Notes: generated by a model from the sequence alone, not told the origin. A DNA stretch of 64,000 nt from a virus (IMGVR_UViG_2895055527_000002:17917-81916); one strand, 5' to 3'; shown: positions 38,301-48,923, numbered from the stretch's first letter. A program made the numbers and translations.

Positions 38301-41300
38301 ATGAAACACATCATCGGTTACGGCGGCGGAGGCAAAAGTGGCGGAGAAAATCGCTCTCCCGTGGAGAGCCCCGACAGTCTCCACAACATCTCGTACGCAA
38401 GAATTCTGATTGCGCTCGGAGAAGGGGAGTTCGGTGGCTTAGTAAATGGCATGCAAAGTGTATTCATCGACGGCACGCCAATTCTCAATCCGGATGGGTC
38501 ATCTAACTTCCAAAACGTCACCGTCGATTTCCGCCCGGGAACACAGGATCAACCGTACATCGAAGGTTTCCCTGAGGTCGAGAACGAGACGTCTGTTGGA
38601 GCCGCTCTTACCTCGGCAATACCGTGGGCTCGCAGCTTTACCAATTTGCAGCTTTCTGCGGTACGGGTCACGCTCGCGGTGCCTGCCCTTTCCCAGGCAA
38701 ACACTAGCAACGGCGATATCACCGGCTATCGAATCGAGTATGTGGTGGAGCTTTCGACGGACGGCGGCTCGTTTGAGCCGATCGCCGCAACGGCTTTCGA
38801 TGGAAAGACCACTTCGAAATATCAGCGTAATCATCGAATCAACTTGCCCCACGCGGTTTCCGGGTGGGTAATTCGAGTTCGGCGCATCACTCCAAATGCG
38901 AACAGCAGCACGGTTAACGATACGACCACCGTTGAGAGCTTCACCGAGATTATCGATGCAAAGCTTAGGTACCCGACCACAGCGCTTTTGGGGGTTCAGG
39001 TTGACGCCCGTCAGTTCAATCGAATTCCGACGATATCGGCTGATATGCGGATGCGACTCGCGCGAGTCCCATCAAATTATGACCCCCAGACGCGCACGTA
39101 TGCTGGAACGTGGGACGGCTCATTTAAGTCGGCATGGACAGATAACCCTGCATGGGTTTTCTACGACTATGTCTTAAACGAACGCTTTGGCCTCGGGCAT
39201 CGCGTTACGCCCGCACAGGTCGACAAATGGTCGTTGTACCTGATTGCCCAGTACTGCGACGAACTTGTCGATGACGGAAAGGGTGGGCAAGAGCCTCGAT
39301 TTACCTGCAATAGCTACGTTCAGTCGCGCACCGATGCCTACAAAATTTTGCAGGATATCGCGTCGGTCTTTCGGGGTATGGCGTACTGGTCTAATGGCAA
39401 CGTGATTGCCGTGGCCGACATGCCTAGCGATCCTGTCTACAGTTTCACGAATGCGAATGTAATCGACGGGACGTTTAAGTATGCGGGTAGCAGTTGGAAG
39501 GCTCGCAAGACGGTTGCCCTCGTCTCGTGGAATGATCCTGCCGACTTCTATAAGGCAAAGGTCGAGTACGTTGAGGATCAGGACGGCATTGCCCGTTATG
39601 GGATTCAGCAAACCGAAACTACGGCGTTTGGCTGCACGAGTCAGGGGCAGGCGCAGCGCGTGGGGCACTGGACCCTGCTGACTAGCCGTATTGAAACGGA
39701 AACGATTTCGTTTTCGGTCGGCTTGGAAGAGGCGATGGTATCGCCGGGCAGCGTGATCAGCGTTGCTGATGCCTCCCGTGCTGGGCGCCGTATAGGTGGT
39801 CGTGTCGCGTCGGCGATTGGGGTGACGGTGGTGCTCGACAAAGCGGATCAGATCACCCATGGTGATTCGCTGACGGTAATTCTTCCCAGCGGTACGCGGC
39901 AGACACGCACAGTGCAGTCTGTCAGCGGGAACGCGGTAACGGTTTCTGCTAATTGGACGGAGGCTGTTCGCGCTGAGTCGGTATGGACTGTTGAGAGCGC
40001 CAACCTCAAATCGCAGCTTTTCCGCGTGCTCAGCATTTCGCAAGGTGATGGTCTTACTTGGTCGATTACTGCGCTTCAGCACAACCCCGATAAGTACGAC
40101 GCGATCGACAGTGGCACGCGCTTGCAGCAGCGACCAATCAGCGTCATCCCACCGTCAGTGCAAGCCCCGCCATCTGGCGTAATGTGGGATTCCTATTCGG
40201 TCATCTCGCAAGGATTCGCGACGACCACAGGCGTCATTAAGTGGACAACAGCTGACAAGGCAGTCGCCTACGACGTTGAATGGCGGCGCGATAACAGCGA
40301 GTGGGTGAAGGCTGGGCGCACCGGATCACAAAGCATTGAAATTCCGGGGTTGTTTGCGGGCACGTATGTTTCCCGCGTCACGGCCATTAGCGCCCTCGAT
40401 ACGCCGTCGATCCCAGCTTACTCGGTGGCCACGGAGCTCTCCGGAAAGACGACTCCTCCACCTACCGTCACCAGGTTTGTCACAACTGGCATCGTCTTTG
40501 GTATTCGCCAAGATTGGGGATTTCCTACGGGAGCGCTTGATGTCGAGCGCACCGAGGTTTGGTGTAGTCAGACAAGCGACCGAGCTGATGCGATCAAGTT
40601 GGCGGATTTTGCATATCCACAGAACACCAACACGATCATGGGAATGGCCGCCGGAGTGCGGCTATTTTTTTGGGCGCGTCTCGTCGACAAGAGCGGGAAT
40701 ATCGGTGAGTTTTATCCGACTGGCGCCGGTGTTCAAGGGCAGTCGAGTGATGATGCTGGTGAGATCCTCGACTACCTTGCCGGCAAGATCGGTTCCACAC
40801 AGCTTGCGCAGGATTTGGCCAGCCGCATCGACCTTATCGATGCACCGCCGGGCGTAGCGGGATCGGTCAATCAACGGGTTCTCGAAGAGGCTGAAGCACG
40901 GCAGGCCGCGGTGAGCAGTGAGCAGTCGGCGCGGCAAGAAGCGGATGCGTCGCTAGGGCAGCGGATTGACACCGTCACTGCGGGTGTGGGTGGCAACGCT
41001 GCGGCTATTCAGCAAGAGGCAACGGCACGAGCCAACGGCGATACTGCGCTCGGCCAACGCATCGATACCGTTGTGGCGGGCGTGGCTGGCAACACCGCGG
41101 CCGTTACAGCAGAGGCAACAGCGCGCGCCGACGCTGATTCCGCGATGGCAACCCGCATCGATGGGGTGTACGCGCAACTGAATCCACCGATGGCCGGATC
41201 GACCGGAGATTACGCTGGTGCGACGACTGCTTTTGCGGGCGTGTGGTCTGAGCAGTCGGCGCGAGCGACGGCGGACATGGCGCTTGGAATTCGCGTCGAC

Positions 41301-41801
41301 AACGTGCAGGCGACGCTCGACACCACGTCTGCACAGGTTCAAACAACGGCTCAGGCGCTCGTCGCGCTCGACGGCAAGGTCTCGGCTTCGTTCCAAATGA
41401 AAGTTGGCGTGACGGCGGGGGGACTTTATTACGGCGCTGGCATCGGTATCGGTGTAAGTAACGACAACGGCCCCATTCAAAGCCAGATCCTCTTCACAGC
41501 CGATCGCTTCGGATTCATCAATCTGATCAACGGAACGGTGAGTACCCCGTTCGTGATCGAGAACGGCCAGACGTTCATTAGCCAGGCGATTATTGGCACC
41601 GGTCGGATCACCAACGCCATGATTGGCGACTACATCCAGTCAAACAACTACCAAGAGGGGGTGTCAGGGTGGCGGTTAGATAAGGGCGGCAGCCTGTATA
41701 TGAATGGCGTCAATGGCGGTGGCCGGGTGGTGCTCTCGCCGAATGGCCTGTACGTGTACGACGAGAACGGCGTCCTACGTGTGAAGTTGGGGAAACTCTG
41801 A
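38301..41801 (+). CDS. Host specificity / central tail fibre protein J
   Basis: LGEGE..WTDNPAW..EPRFTCN..FGCTS..ADRF. Confidence 0.95.
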   Translation: MKHIIGYGGGGKSGGENRSPVESPDSLHNISYARILIALGEGEFGGLVNGMQSVFIDGTPILNPDGSSNFQNVTVDFRPGTQDQPYIEGFPEVENETSVGAALTSAIPWARSFTNLQLSAVRVTLAVPALSQANTSNGDITGYRIEYVVELSTDGGSFEPIAATAFDGKTTSKYQRNHRINLPHAVSGWVIRVRRITPNANSSTVNDTTTVESFTEIIDAKLRYPTTALLGVQVDARQFNRIPTISADMRMRLARVPSNYDPQTRTYAGTWDGSFKSAWTDNPAWVFYDYVLNERFGLGHRVTPAQVDKWSLYLIAQYCDELVDDGKGGQEPRFTCNSYVQSRTDAYKILQDIASVFRGMAYWSNGNVIAVADMPSDPVYSFTNANVIDGTFKYAGSSWKARKTVALVSWNDPADFYKAKVEYVEDQDGIARYGIQQTETTAFGCTSQGQAQRVGHWTLLTSRIETETISFSVGLEEAMVSPGSVISVADASRAGRRIGGRVASAIGVTVVLDKADQITHGDSLTVILPSGTRQTRTVQSVSGNAVTVSANWTEAVRAESVWTVESANLKSQLFRVLSISQGDGLTWSITALQHNPDKYDAIDSGTRLQQRPISVIPPSVQAPPSGVMWDSYSVISQGFATTTGVIKWTTADKAVAYDVEWRRDNSEWVKAGRTGSQSIEIPGLFAGTYVSRVTAISALDTPSIPAYSVATELSGKTTPPPTVTRFVTTGIVFGIRQDWGFPTGALDVERTEVWCSQTSDRADAIKLADFAYPQNTNTIMGMAAGVRLFFWARLVDKSGNIGEFYPTGAGVQGQSSDDAGEILDYLAGKIGSTQLAQDLASRIDLIDAPPGVAGSVNQRVLEEAEARQAAVSSEQSARQEADASLGQRIDTVTAGVGGNAAAIQQEATARANGDTALGQRIDTVVAGVAGNTAAVTAEATARADADSAMATRIDGVYAQLNPPMAGSTGDYAGATTAFAGVWSEQSARATADMALGIRVDNVQATLDTTSAQVQTTAQALVALDGKVSASFQMKVGVTAGGLYYGAGIGIGVSNDNGPIQSQILFTADRFGFINLINGTVSTPFVIENGQTFISQAIIGTGRITNAMIGDYIQSNNYQEGVSGWRLDKGGSLYMNGVNGGGRVVLSPNGLYVYDENGVLRVKLGKL

Positions 41802-42118
41802 TGTTGGCGGGACTGGAGTTGGCTGGGCTGGAACTGAATGGCCCGAACGGCGAACCGGTGTTGCGGCTTTCTTCGCGGGTAGGTCGAGTCCTCGGATCGG
41901 TATACGTTAATGGAACCTCGGGAAGCCTTCAACATGACGCGCTAGCCTCGGGTGAAGCGTTCGCTTCGTTTCACCTACAGCAGCTCTTCTACGACGTCAG
42001 ATCATTTCGCCGATTTCCGCGCATCTCGATCTCGGGCAAAACGCTCTCGTGGTACTACCCGGAGCCGCAGGGAAATCAGGTCACGATGGCTGGCTACATT
42101 ACTTATGGGGTTCGCTAG
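41801..42118 (+). CDS. Tail-associated protein
   Basis: TGATG coupling with J. Confidence 0.75.
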   Translation: MLAGLELAGLELNGPNGEPVLRLSSRVGRVLGSVYVNGTSGSLQHDALASGEAFASFHLQQLFYDVRSFRRFPRISISGKTLSWYYPEPQGNQVTMAGYITYGVR

Positions 42119-42894
42119 TGGAATACGGATTTGTCGCTGAGAACGATGGCGGCATATTGCAGATCGACGGCACGTATGCGAACTACTCGCTGGCATTGAA
42201 GGGGGCGGTAACGCTCTCAGAGCAGTCTTTGTTTCTAGGCGGCTCCGGCGCGGGAAATGTTTACGGCACATGTTACGTTGCCGACGTGAGCTACACAGCG
42301 CCCGACCCCCTGTTTGTAATGGAGAACACGAGCGGAATTCCTGTTGTAGTCATCTCGACGGCCAGCGTCGGCCCGAACATGTGGCAAACACGACTGATGG
42401 CCTTGGCAGCCGTTTCGGTAACGTACTACGTGTTCTCTTCAAACGTGGTAGTTGCGGGTTCCGGGTGGGGCATGATTGTCTATGACGGTGTTGGGCAACC
42501 GGGTGGCACCGGCCGCCCAGTAGCCAGTTCGAACATGAAGTACCCGCTGATTCGCCAGGTGGTAGCAGGCAACGTGATCGGAGCAGGGCCGGATTACGGC
42601 CAGTACAACTATGCGGCAGCGACGAGCTTCTCGGCGACGTTCTCGCCTGGTGGTGGCCGCATCGGGGTTGGGGCGATTCGTACGCCTTCGACGCAATTCA
42701 ACGGTAGCGTGCTCTCGGGGGCATGGCGAGGAAACATCGGCTTTGGTGGATGGATGACCGGCAACGGTGTGGCGACGTTCTCCACCTTCAATTGGCGTTT
42801 CGGGCCGAGTTCACCAAACCCTCCAAATTTCCAATATGACTACCAGTCTGCGCTCGACTACGGGGGCATTCTGATCGACGTGAGCAATCTGTGA
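42118..42894 (+). CDS. Tail-associated / receptor-binding accessory protein
   Basis: YGF..LQID..WGMIVYD; coupled start. Confidence 0.7.
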   Translation: MEYGFVAENDGGILQIDGTYANYSLALKGAVTLSEQSLFLGGSGAGNVYGTCYVADVSYTAPDPLFVMENTSGIPVVVISTASVGPNMWQTRLMALAAVSVTYYVFSSNVVVAGSGWGMIVYDGVGQPGGTGRPVASSNMKYPLIRQVVAGNVIGAGPDYGQYNYAAATSFSATFSPGGGRIGVGAIRTPSTQFNGSVLSGAWRGNIGFGGWMTGNGVATFSTFNWRFGPSSPNPPNFQYDYQSALDYGGILIDVSNL

Positions 42895-42963
42895 TCGCCA
42901 GCCACCTTCGGGTGGCTTTTTCATTTCCGGGGCAGGGCGCGGGGGCGCCCAAAGGACAAATCA

Positions 42964-43305
42964 ATGGCAGAACCCACATCGAGCGCAGCAGCGGCCGCTT
43001 TGGCTGTGGTGGTGAAGGTGCTACCGGGGGCCGTGGGCTCGCTGATTGCACTTCGGTTCATCGGTGAAGGGCTGACACGAAAGCAAAAGGCGATGTCGTT
43101 CGCGGCCGGCGCGGCGATGTCGTACTACATCAGCCCATTGGTGGTGGTGTATTTCGCGATCACGGATGCCGGCGCGCAGCAAGCGCTTGGCTTTCTGTTG
43201 GGGTTGTTCGGCCTCGCGGTAGCGAAAGAAGTGTTCAAGGAAATCAACGATGCCGACTTTATCGGGGCTCTCAAGCGGCGATTTTTCGGAGGGCTGGAGA
43301 AATGA
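42964..43305 (+). CDS. Putative holin
   Basis: Three TM segments and a basic C-terminus, upstream of the endolysin. Confidence 0.75.
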   Translation: MAEPTSSAAAAALAVVVKVLPGAVGSLIALRFIGEGLTRKQKAMSFAAGAAMSYYISPLVVVYFAITDAGAQQALGFLLGLFGLAVAKEVFKEINDADFIGALKRRFFGGLEK

Positions 43306-43589
43306 TCACGCTTTTGGTTTGTTTGTTTATCGCGGCAAACATCATCGTTCTCGCCGCCAGTATTTGGATCTCACTCAGTGACGCTCTTCCGACAGGCTTT
43401 TGGGGCACGTTTGGCTTTGCCATGATCGGCCTTTCCGCGGCCATCAATCTTTCCAAGCCCATCTGGATGCGCGAAGCGATCGATGGCCCCGAAATCTTGA
43501 TGCTGGTGGGCATGGCTGTGGTTGGTATTTGGATGATGGTTCGCAAGGTCTACTGGCATAACAAGGGAGGGCGGGATGACACGTATTGA
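43302..43589 (+). CDS. Second membrane protein (holin/antiholin)
   Basis: Three TM segments; overlapping starts and stops. Confidence 0.7.
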   Translation: MITLLVCLFIAANIIVLAASIWISLSDALPTGFWGTFGFAMIGLSAAINLSKPIWMREAIDGPEILMLVGMAVVGIWMMVRKVYWHNKGGRDDTY

Positions 43590-44052
43590 CCCAACAACGG
43601 CAGGCGGCCAAAACGTCTGCGCTTTCCTCGACATGCTCGCATGGTCGGAATTCACCTCGCGCATCGCAGGCTCGGATGATGGGTACAACGTTTTGGTCGG
43701 CGGCGGATTATTCCCGAGCTACGCCGACCACCCGCGAAAATCAGTGTGGATCAAACGCTTCAATGTCTGGTCGACGGCCGCGGGCCGGTACCAACTGCTC
43801 TCGCGGTACTTCGACGTGTACAAGAAGCAGCTGGGGTTGCCCGACTTCTCGCCGATCAGCCAGGACAAGATTGCTATTCAACAGATCCGCGAGCGTGGCG
43901 CGCTGCCGGACATCAAAGCCGGACAGATCGAAGTGGCGATATCCAAGTGCCGAAACATCTGGGCGAGTCTGCCTGGTGCTGGATATGGTCAGGTCGAACA
44001 CGCGATCGAGCCGCTGATTCAGCAGTACGTGAAAGCTGGAGGTGCCCTGTGA
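43576..44052 (+). CDS. Lambda R-type endolysin
   Basis: AFLDMLAWSE..STAAGRYQ..WASLPGAGYGQ. Confidence 0.95.
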   Translation: MTRIDPTTAGGQNVCAFLDMLAWSEFTSRIAGSDDGYNVLVGGGLFPSYADHPRKSVWIKRFNVWSTAAGRYQLLSRYFDVYKKQLGLPDFSPISQDKIAIQQIRERGALPDIKAGQIEVAISKCRNIWASLPGAGYGQVEHAIEPLIQQYVKAGGAL

Positions 44053-44420
44053 GTTGGATCGACCCGCGTCTGTGGGGGGCTTTTATTCTAGCGATCGCGC
44101 TTGCGTGCAGTGCTGGCTATCTCAAAGGACGGTCGACCGGGATTGACGACCAGAGGGCTGAGCAGGCCAAAGAGGTGCAAGCGTGGCAAGAGAATGCCGA
44201 GGCTGCCTTCGGCATGTACCTCGAAGCCAAGGACAAGAAAGAAGTCCAGTACCGAACCATTACGAAGACTGTGGAGGCCGCCAAGAATGCGACGCCTGAT
44301 ATTGTTGATTGCCGCACTGGTGACGACTGGATGCGCCTCTACCGTGACAACGCGGCCATTGCCAATGGCACAGCCATGCCCGCCGGTGCTCGAACAGCCG
44401 TCGGGTCCGACGCTCGCTGA
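44049..44420 (+). CDS. i-spanin (Rz-like)
   Basis: N-terminal TM plus periplasmic helix after the endolysin. Confidence 0.8.
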   Translation: MSWIDPRLWGAFILAIALACSAGYLKGRSTGIDDQRAEQAKEVQAWQENAEAAFGMYLEAKDKKEVQYRTITKTVEAAKNATPDIVDCRTGDDWMRLYRDNAAIANGTAMPAGARTAVGSDAR

Positions 44421-44514
44421 CCTTCGGCAATTTGCGCTCGATCTTCAGCGCCAAGGGGGAGAGTGTCGAGATCGTCAGCAGGCGCTACTTCGATCGGTGA
44501 CGAAGCGGGATTGA
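44287..44514 (+). CDS. o-spanin (Rz1-like lipoprotein), overlapping Rz
   Basis: MRRLILLIAALVTTGC lipobox; Pro-rich. Confidence 0.8.
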   Translation: MRRLILLIAALVTTGCASTVTTRPLPMAQPCPPVLEQPSGPTLADLRQFALDLQRQGGECRDRQQALLRSVTKRD

Positions 44515-44729
44515 TTTGATTGCGAGAGGGGCGTGCGATAACTGCATAATGAGTAAAACAGAGTTATCACATATGCAGCTATTCGTCGGCATCACCTAGT
44601 GTCGGCGATGTAGTGAGAAAAGAGCAGACCATCGACACCGGGGCCTTGTTGGATGACAATTTGGCTTATAGAGTCAGACACCAGTTCATCTGGCCGACTG
44701 TTCTAATTTCAACTACGTCCTTGCGGGGT

Positions 44730-45362
44730 ATGGTGATGCGGCAGGAACTCGTTGATCTAATCCAACGGATTGCAGTGCGTGAGCCGTTGGTCAACTCGGA
44801 CGATTCAATCTCTTGGCACGCTCTTCGCGAAGCGGAAAAACTCGACGACGAATCGCTAGTTGTAGAGATCGATGCATATCTGGCTCAGAAGCCTAGAAAG
44901 GAACAGCGCTCTGCTGCCTACTTCATTATCGGCAAGATCGGAAAGAACTGTTCAAGTGAAAAGTGTGCATCTCTCCTCATTGAATATTCATCCAAAGAGC
45001 ATGATAAGTACGCACTGGCGGGCATACTTGACCGACTCGCTGATATTCCGAAGCCTGAAAGCGTCGACGTAACGCCACTGTTTCAGCACCTCAATGATGC
45101 TCGTTGGCTCGTAAGGCGTTCTGCAATAGGCTCGCTAGCGGGCTGTCACAGGGCCGAGGTGGAAGATAGGTTGCTTGATATTCTGGCGACCACATTAGAT
45201 CCCTATGATGCAGCCTGTTGCCACTCCACTCTCAACAAAATTGGCACGCGTAAGTCTATCCCTTCGCTTGAGAAAAACCTAAAGTCCAGAAAACGTGACG
45301 TGAAGCTTTCGGCTCGTTACGCGATAGCGGCTATTGAGGCGCGTGAGGCCGGTCGGTCCTAA
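44730..45362 (+). CDS. HEAT-repeat protein
   Basis: LNDARWLVRRSAIGSL..DVKLSARYAI repeats; start uncertain. Confidence 0.8.
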   Translation: MVMRQELVDLIQRIAVREPLVNSDDSISWHALREAEKLDDESLVVEIDAYLAQKPRKEQRSAAYFIIGKIGKNCSSEKCASLLIEYSSKEHDKYALAGILDRLADIPKPESVDVTPLFQHLNDARWLVRRSAIGSLAGCHRAEVEDRLLDILATTLDPYDAACCHSTLNKIGTRKSIPSLEKNLKSRKRDVKLSARYAIAAIEAREAGRS

Positions 45363-45450
45363 GTGCTGGCCTCTATGGTCGTCGATCGAAACCTGCCGCA
45401 TTCGCTCACCAGGCGCGCACAAAGTTGCTTTTGCGCTCACACGTGAGCGG

Positions 45451-46191
45451 TTATCGCTTTCCCTTCGGCTTTTCCCACCACTCGTCAGCGTTGTACCCAT
45501 GTACGCGCTCGCCCATCTTCGGTGCCCGCAGCAGTAGGGCGGGGCCGTCCATATCCGGGTTCATCGCATGCTGCGTGACCCGCGACCATTCGAACGCATT
45601 CCCCATCATTGTCCGGCTGGCGAGCGTGGTTCGCTCGTGCGGCGTTAGCCCCGGGTCCATCCAGAACCGCGCAAGTGAGCCGGGCATCGTGACCGGTACC
45701 CGCGGCGCAAGCTCTGCCAGTTTGCCGGGGGCTGGTGCGACGAGCACTGAAAAGCCGTCGACGGCAGACCAGTGAACCGGCGCACCCAGTGCGAGCAGGA
45801 ACACTGGCTCGCCATCGCGCGGCCGGACGTGCCATGCTTCCCTTTCTGTCCCTCTGTTGCGAACGATCGTCCAGCCGCAAGCGCACACCAGATACCGATG
45901 GTGCAGCCACGCCTCGCTGAAATACGGCTTGTCCATGGCCGTCTCGACCTGGGCGAACGGCTGCGGGCCATATCGCTTACCTATGTCATTGTCGGGCGCA
46001 AAACCCCAGCGGGCGCCGTTGATACTCAGGCCGCTTTCTGGCCGCCGCATAGCCAAAGCACACAGTTCACCGGGAACATGGTTGTAGCTGGCCGTCGTAT
46101 CGCCCTGAAAGCGCCGGTCTACCTCATCAACCTCACCGAGTGCGCGAGCGTAATCCACGCGGCCTCGCGCGCGGATGATGCGGATGTCCAT
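45451..46191 (-). CDS. SRAP (SOS-response-associated peptidase)-like protein lacking the N-terminal Cys
   Basis: YN..ARWG..ET..KPYF..W..RVPV..WMD SRAP-like pattern; begins MDIRI. Confidence 0.7.
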   Translation of the reverse strand: MDIRIIRARGRVDYARALGEVDEVDRRFQGDTTASYNHVPGELCALAMRRPESGLSINGARWGFAPDNDIGKRYGPQPFAQVETAMDKPYFSEAWLHHRYLVCACGWTIVRNRGTEREAWHVRPRDGEPVFLLALGAPVHWSAVDGFSVLVAPAPGKLAELAPRVPVTMPGSLARFWMDPGLTPHERTTLASRTMMGNAFEWSRVTQHAMNPDMDGPALLLRAPKMGERVHGYNADEWWEKPKGKR

Positions 46192-46239
46192 GGCGATCTC
46201 CCCTGTAGTGCACTTTCGGGGAGGTAAACTATCACAAAA

Positions 46240-46259
46240 TACTGTACAAAAACACAGTA
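46240..46259. promoter_or_regulatory. LexA (SOS) box
   Basis: TACTGT-ACAAAAAC-ACAGTA. Confidence 0.85.
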
Positions 46260-46363
46260 AAAAATGATTGTATAAAGATTATTGCAAGCATAAAGAGAAA
46301 TTCTTCTTGCAAATTTTGATCTCGCTGCAAATAATGCAAGCACTTTCTAACAAGGAGCTTGCG

Positions 46364-47389
46364 GTGACGAGCGAATCGAAGAATGCGCCGAAGAACAATG
46401 GCAAAAGCGCCGGCGGCAACGCCCGCGCGAAGGCGTTGACCAGTTCTCAGCGAACGGAAATTGCAAAGAAAGCCGCAGCAGCACGACACAAGGCACCTGC
46501 GTCGCCCGTTGCTACGCATAAGGGCATGCTGAAGATTGGTGAAACGGAGATTCCGTGTTTCGTGCTGGATGACGGCCGTCGCGTAATTTCCGGCCGGGGC
46601 CTTACCGCTGCAATTGGCATGAAGGGACGTGGCCAAGGTGTTGGCCGAATTCGGGCAATGAAGGCCGTAAACTCCTACGAAAACAATGGTTTACTCCTGG
46701 CCATCTCTGAGCCAATCAAATTCACTGGTGGGAGTCCCCGAGTAGGGGAAACCAGTGACGGATTCGAAGCAGCGGTTCTTCAGGATCTTTGCGAGGCATT
46801 GCTCCAAAGTCGCGACCTTGGTCTCTTGGTCACCGAACATGAAAAGCGCTATGCGCAGTTTGCGGATACGCTGATTCGGGCCTTTGCGCGAGTGGGTATC
46901 GTTGCCCTTGTCGATGAGGCGACGGGCTATCAGTCCGAACGCCCCCAAGATGCGCTTCAGGCGTATCTCGAAAAGCTCATCCAAAAGGACCTTGCAGTGT
47001 GGGTCAAGAAATTTCCGGACGAGTTCTACGAGAACATTTACAAACTTCGCGGTTGGGTTTGGCCGGGCATGCAAACAAATCGATACAGCGTTGTGGCGAA
47101 GTACACAACTGACTTGATTTATGACCGCATGGCGAATGGCTTGACAAAGGCACTGATTGAGAAGAGCCCAATGAACGATTCGGGTACGAGAACAAACAAA
47201 CTTCACCAATGGCTGAGTCCGCAGGTTGGTGATCCTATGCTTGCAGCTCATATGCAGTCAGTTCTCACAATTCAGCGATTGTCTATCGCGAATGGTTGGG
47301 GGTGGAACAAGTTCCTGAAGATGATGGATCAGGTAATGCCCAAGAAGGGGCAAACGCTTGAAATCCCTTTGGACGTTGATGCCAACTGA
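46364..47389 (+). CDS. P63C-domain protein
   Basis: IPCFVLDDGRRVISGRG..VGIVALVDEATGYQ..WVKKFPDEFY..KLHQWL; GTG after AAGGAG. Confidence 0.88.
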   Translation: MTSESKNAPKNNGKSAGGNARAKALTSSQRTEIAKKAAAARHKAPASPVATHKGMLKIGETEIPCFVLDDGRRVISGRGLTAAIGMKGRGQGVGRIRAMKAVNSYENNGLLLAISEPIKFTGGSPRVGETSDGFEAAVLQDLCEALLQSRDLGLLVTEHEKRYAQFADTLIRAFARVGIVALVDEATGYQSERPQDALQAYLEKLIQKDLAVWVKKFPDEFYENIYKLRGWVWPGMQTNRYSVVAKYTTDLIYDRMANGLTKALIEKSPMNDSGTRTNKLHQWLSPQVGDPMLAAHMQSVLTIQRLSIANGWGWNKFLKMMDQVMPKKGQTLEIPLDVDAN

Positions 47390-47427
47390 CACGGCGAAGT
47401 AGACACTCCAGGCGTCGGAGCGAACAT

Positions 47428-48057
47428 ATGTGCACGAACTACCGCGTACCTGATAGGCAGCTGTTCAGTGATATGTACGGTGTCACTGCTCCTGGGGGTG
47501 AATGGCGCGACGAGGTCTACAAGGACTATTTCGCACCGATTATTCGCAGGGACGGTGAGGGGCGGCGCTCGGACTTGGCGTCGTTCGGCATGGTGCCGCG
47601 CGAGAAGATCCCGCAGGGCGTGAAGGTGTTCGACACGATGAATGCTCGTGCCGAGACGGTAGGGGAGAAGCGGAGCTTTAGCGGCGCCTGGAAAAAGCAG
47701 CAGCTTTGTCTGATCCCGGCGCAGGTTTTCTATGAGCCGGATTACGAGACGGGTAAGGCGGTACGCTGGGCCATTGGCATGGCAAGCGGCGAGCCCTTCG
47801 CGATAGCTGGTATTTGGCGAGAGTGGGAAGGCGACGGCGGTCCCAGGCTTTCATTCACGATGCTCACGCTCAACGCGGATCATCACCCGTTGATGAAGCG
47901 ATTTCACAAGCCGGGGAGCGAGAAGCGTTCGGTCGTGATCGTTCTGCCCGACGAGTACGATGACTGGCTAGGCTCACGAAGCACAGACGAGGCAAGATCG
48001 TTCATTGTGTTGCCGGGGTCGGAGTCGCTCTTCTGTGCACCCGCGCCGAAAGCGTAG
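47428..48057 (+). CDS. SRAP family protein (canonical)
   Basis: MCTNY..NARAET..FYEP..FHKP. Confidence 0.9.
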   Translation: MCTNYRVPDRQLFSDMYGVTAPGGEWRDEVYKDYFAPIIRRDGEGRRSDLASFGMVPREKIPQGVKVFDTMNARAETVGEKRSFSGAWKKQQLCLIPAQVFYEPDYETGKAVRWAIGMASGEPFAIAGIWREWEGDGGPRLSFTMLTLNADHHPLMKRFHKPGSEKRSVVIVLPDEYDDWLGSRSTDEARSFIVLPGSESLFCAPAPKA

Positions 48058-48116
48058 GATTGCTTGCCAGATTTGACACAAACGTGTCACGGCAAACCCT
48101 GAAAGCTTTATGTGGC

Positions 48117-48144
48117 TGGTCCCCCCGACAGGAATCGAACCTGT
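48117..48144 (-). pseudogene. tRNA 3' fragment (probably tRNA-Arg), att scar
   Basis: ACAGGTTCGATTCCTGTCGGGGGGACCA: T-arm plus acceptor strand plus CCA only. Confidence 0.8.
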
Positions 48145-48222
48145 GATCAACGTGTCCACAGTCTGCTTTCGACCCAATGCGGCCCTTTACATTTCCCAGG
48201 AGCAGACGTTCAGTTGGTCGGA

Positions 48223-48558
48223 TCAAATGACTCGAGGAACGCCCGGTACCCTAGATGATCTCGTTTCTCCTTCGATCAATCGGTCGAGCATCAGTTCGAA
48301 TTCGTTCGCCAAATGAAGCTGACCTCGCACGACTTGCATATATTCCGCCCGGCTCCTTATAGCCGCGATGGCTGACCGAATTGTGCGCAGAATTTGCTTT
48401 GACAAGCAATGTTCGTGCTGAAGTCTTTCAGCTTTCCGCCACAGATGATCTATCAGAGCGCCAAACGCAGCTTGATCGAAGGTATCGGCTTTGAGAAGCC
48501 TATCGACAGAGCGGCCGACGAGTTCGTCGAGGGTGGTATCAAAGTCATTCTCGGACAT
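48223..48558 (-). CDS. Hypothetical helical protein (immunity-like)
   Basis: AAGGAAG RBS before MSEND. Confidence 0.65.
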   Translation of the reverse strand: MSENDFDTTLDELVGRSVDRLLKADTFDQAAFGALIDHLWRKAERLQHEHCLSKQILRTIRSAIAAIRSRAEYMQVVRGQLHLANEFELMLDRLIEGETRSSRVPGVPRVI

Positions 48559-48923
48559 TGGCTTCCTTCGTATCATCGACGGCGAATTGTGAGCGATCCC
48601 ATGTGTCCCGTCGAGTGACTCATTATGGCCGACTTCAGCCTTTCAAAAAAATCCCTTCGAACTGCATCAAAAATGGAGTAGGCGTGCCGGGGGCCAGAAT
48701 CCTATAACCAATTAGATCAATAAGATATCTTCAATCGGTGCACGCTTGGTGCACCGATGCGAGAATTTTCACCGAGGGAAATTGGTCTTCTCGGATGACC
48801 GATTCCGACCCTGAAAAGACCTTCACCTTTCTCGTTAGCAGTCAGTCGCAAAGATCAATTCGCGTGCTCACTCGGCAGACGCGCGGAGGGGGGGCTTGAA
48901 CCGACGATAAAGCCTGAAACTCG

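Noticed and set aside
23504-41480. Many long minus-strand ORFs across the structural genes
   Set aside because: They are antisense shadows typical of GC-rich coding DNA.
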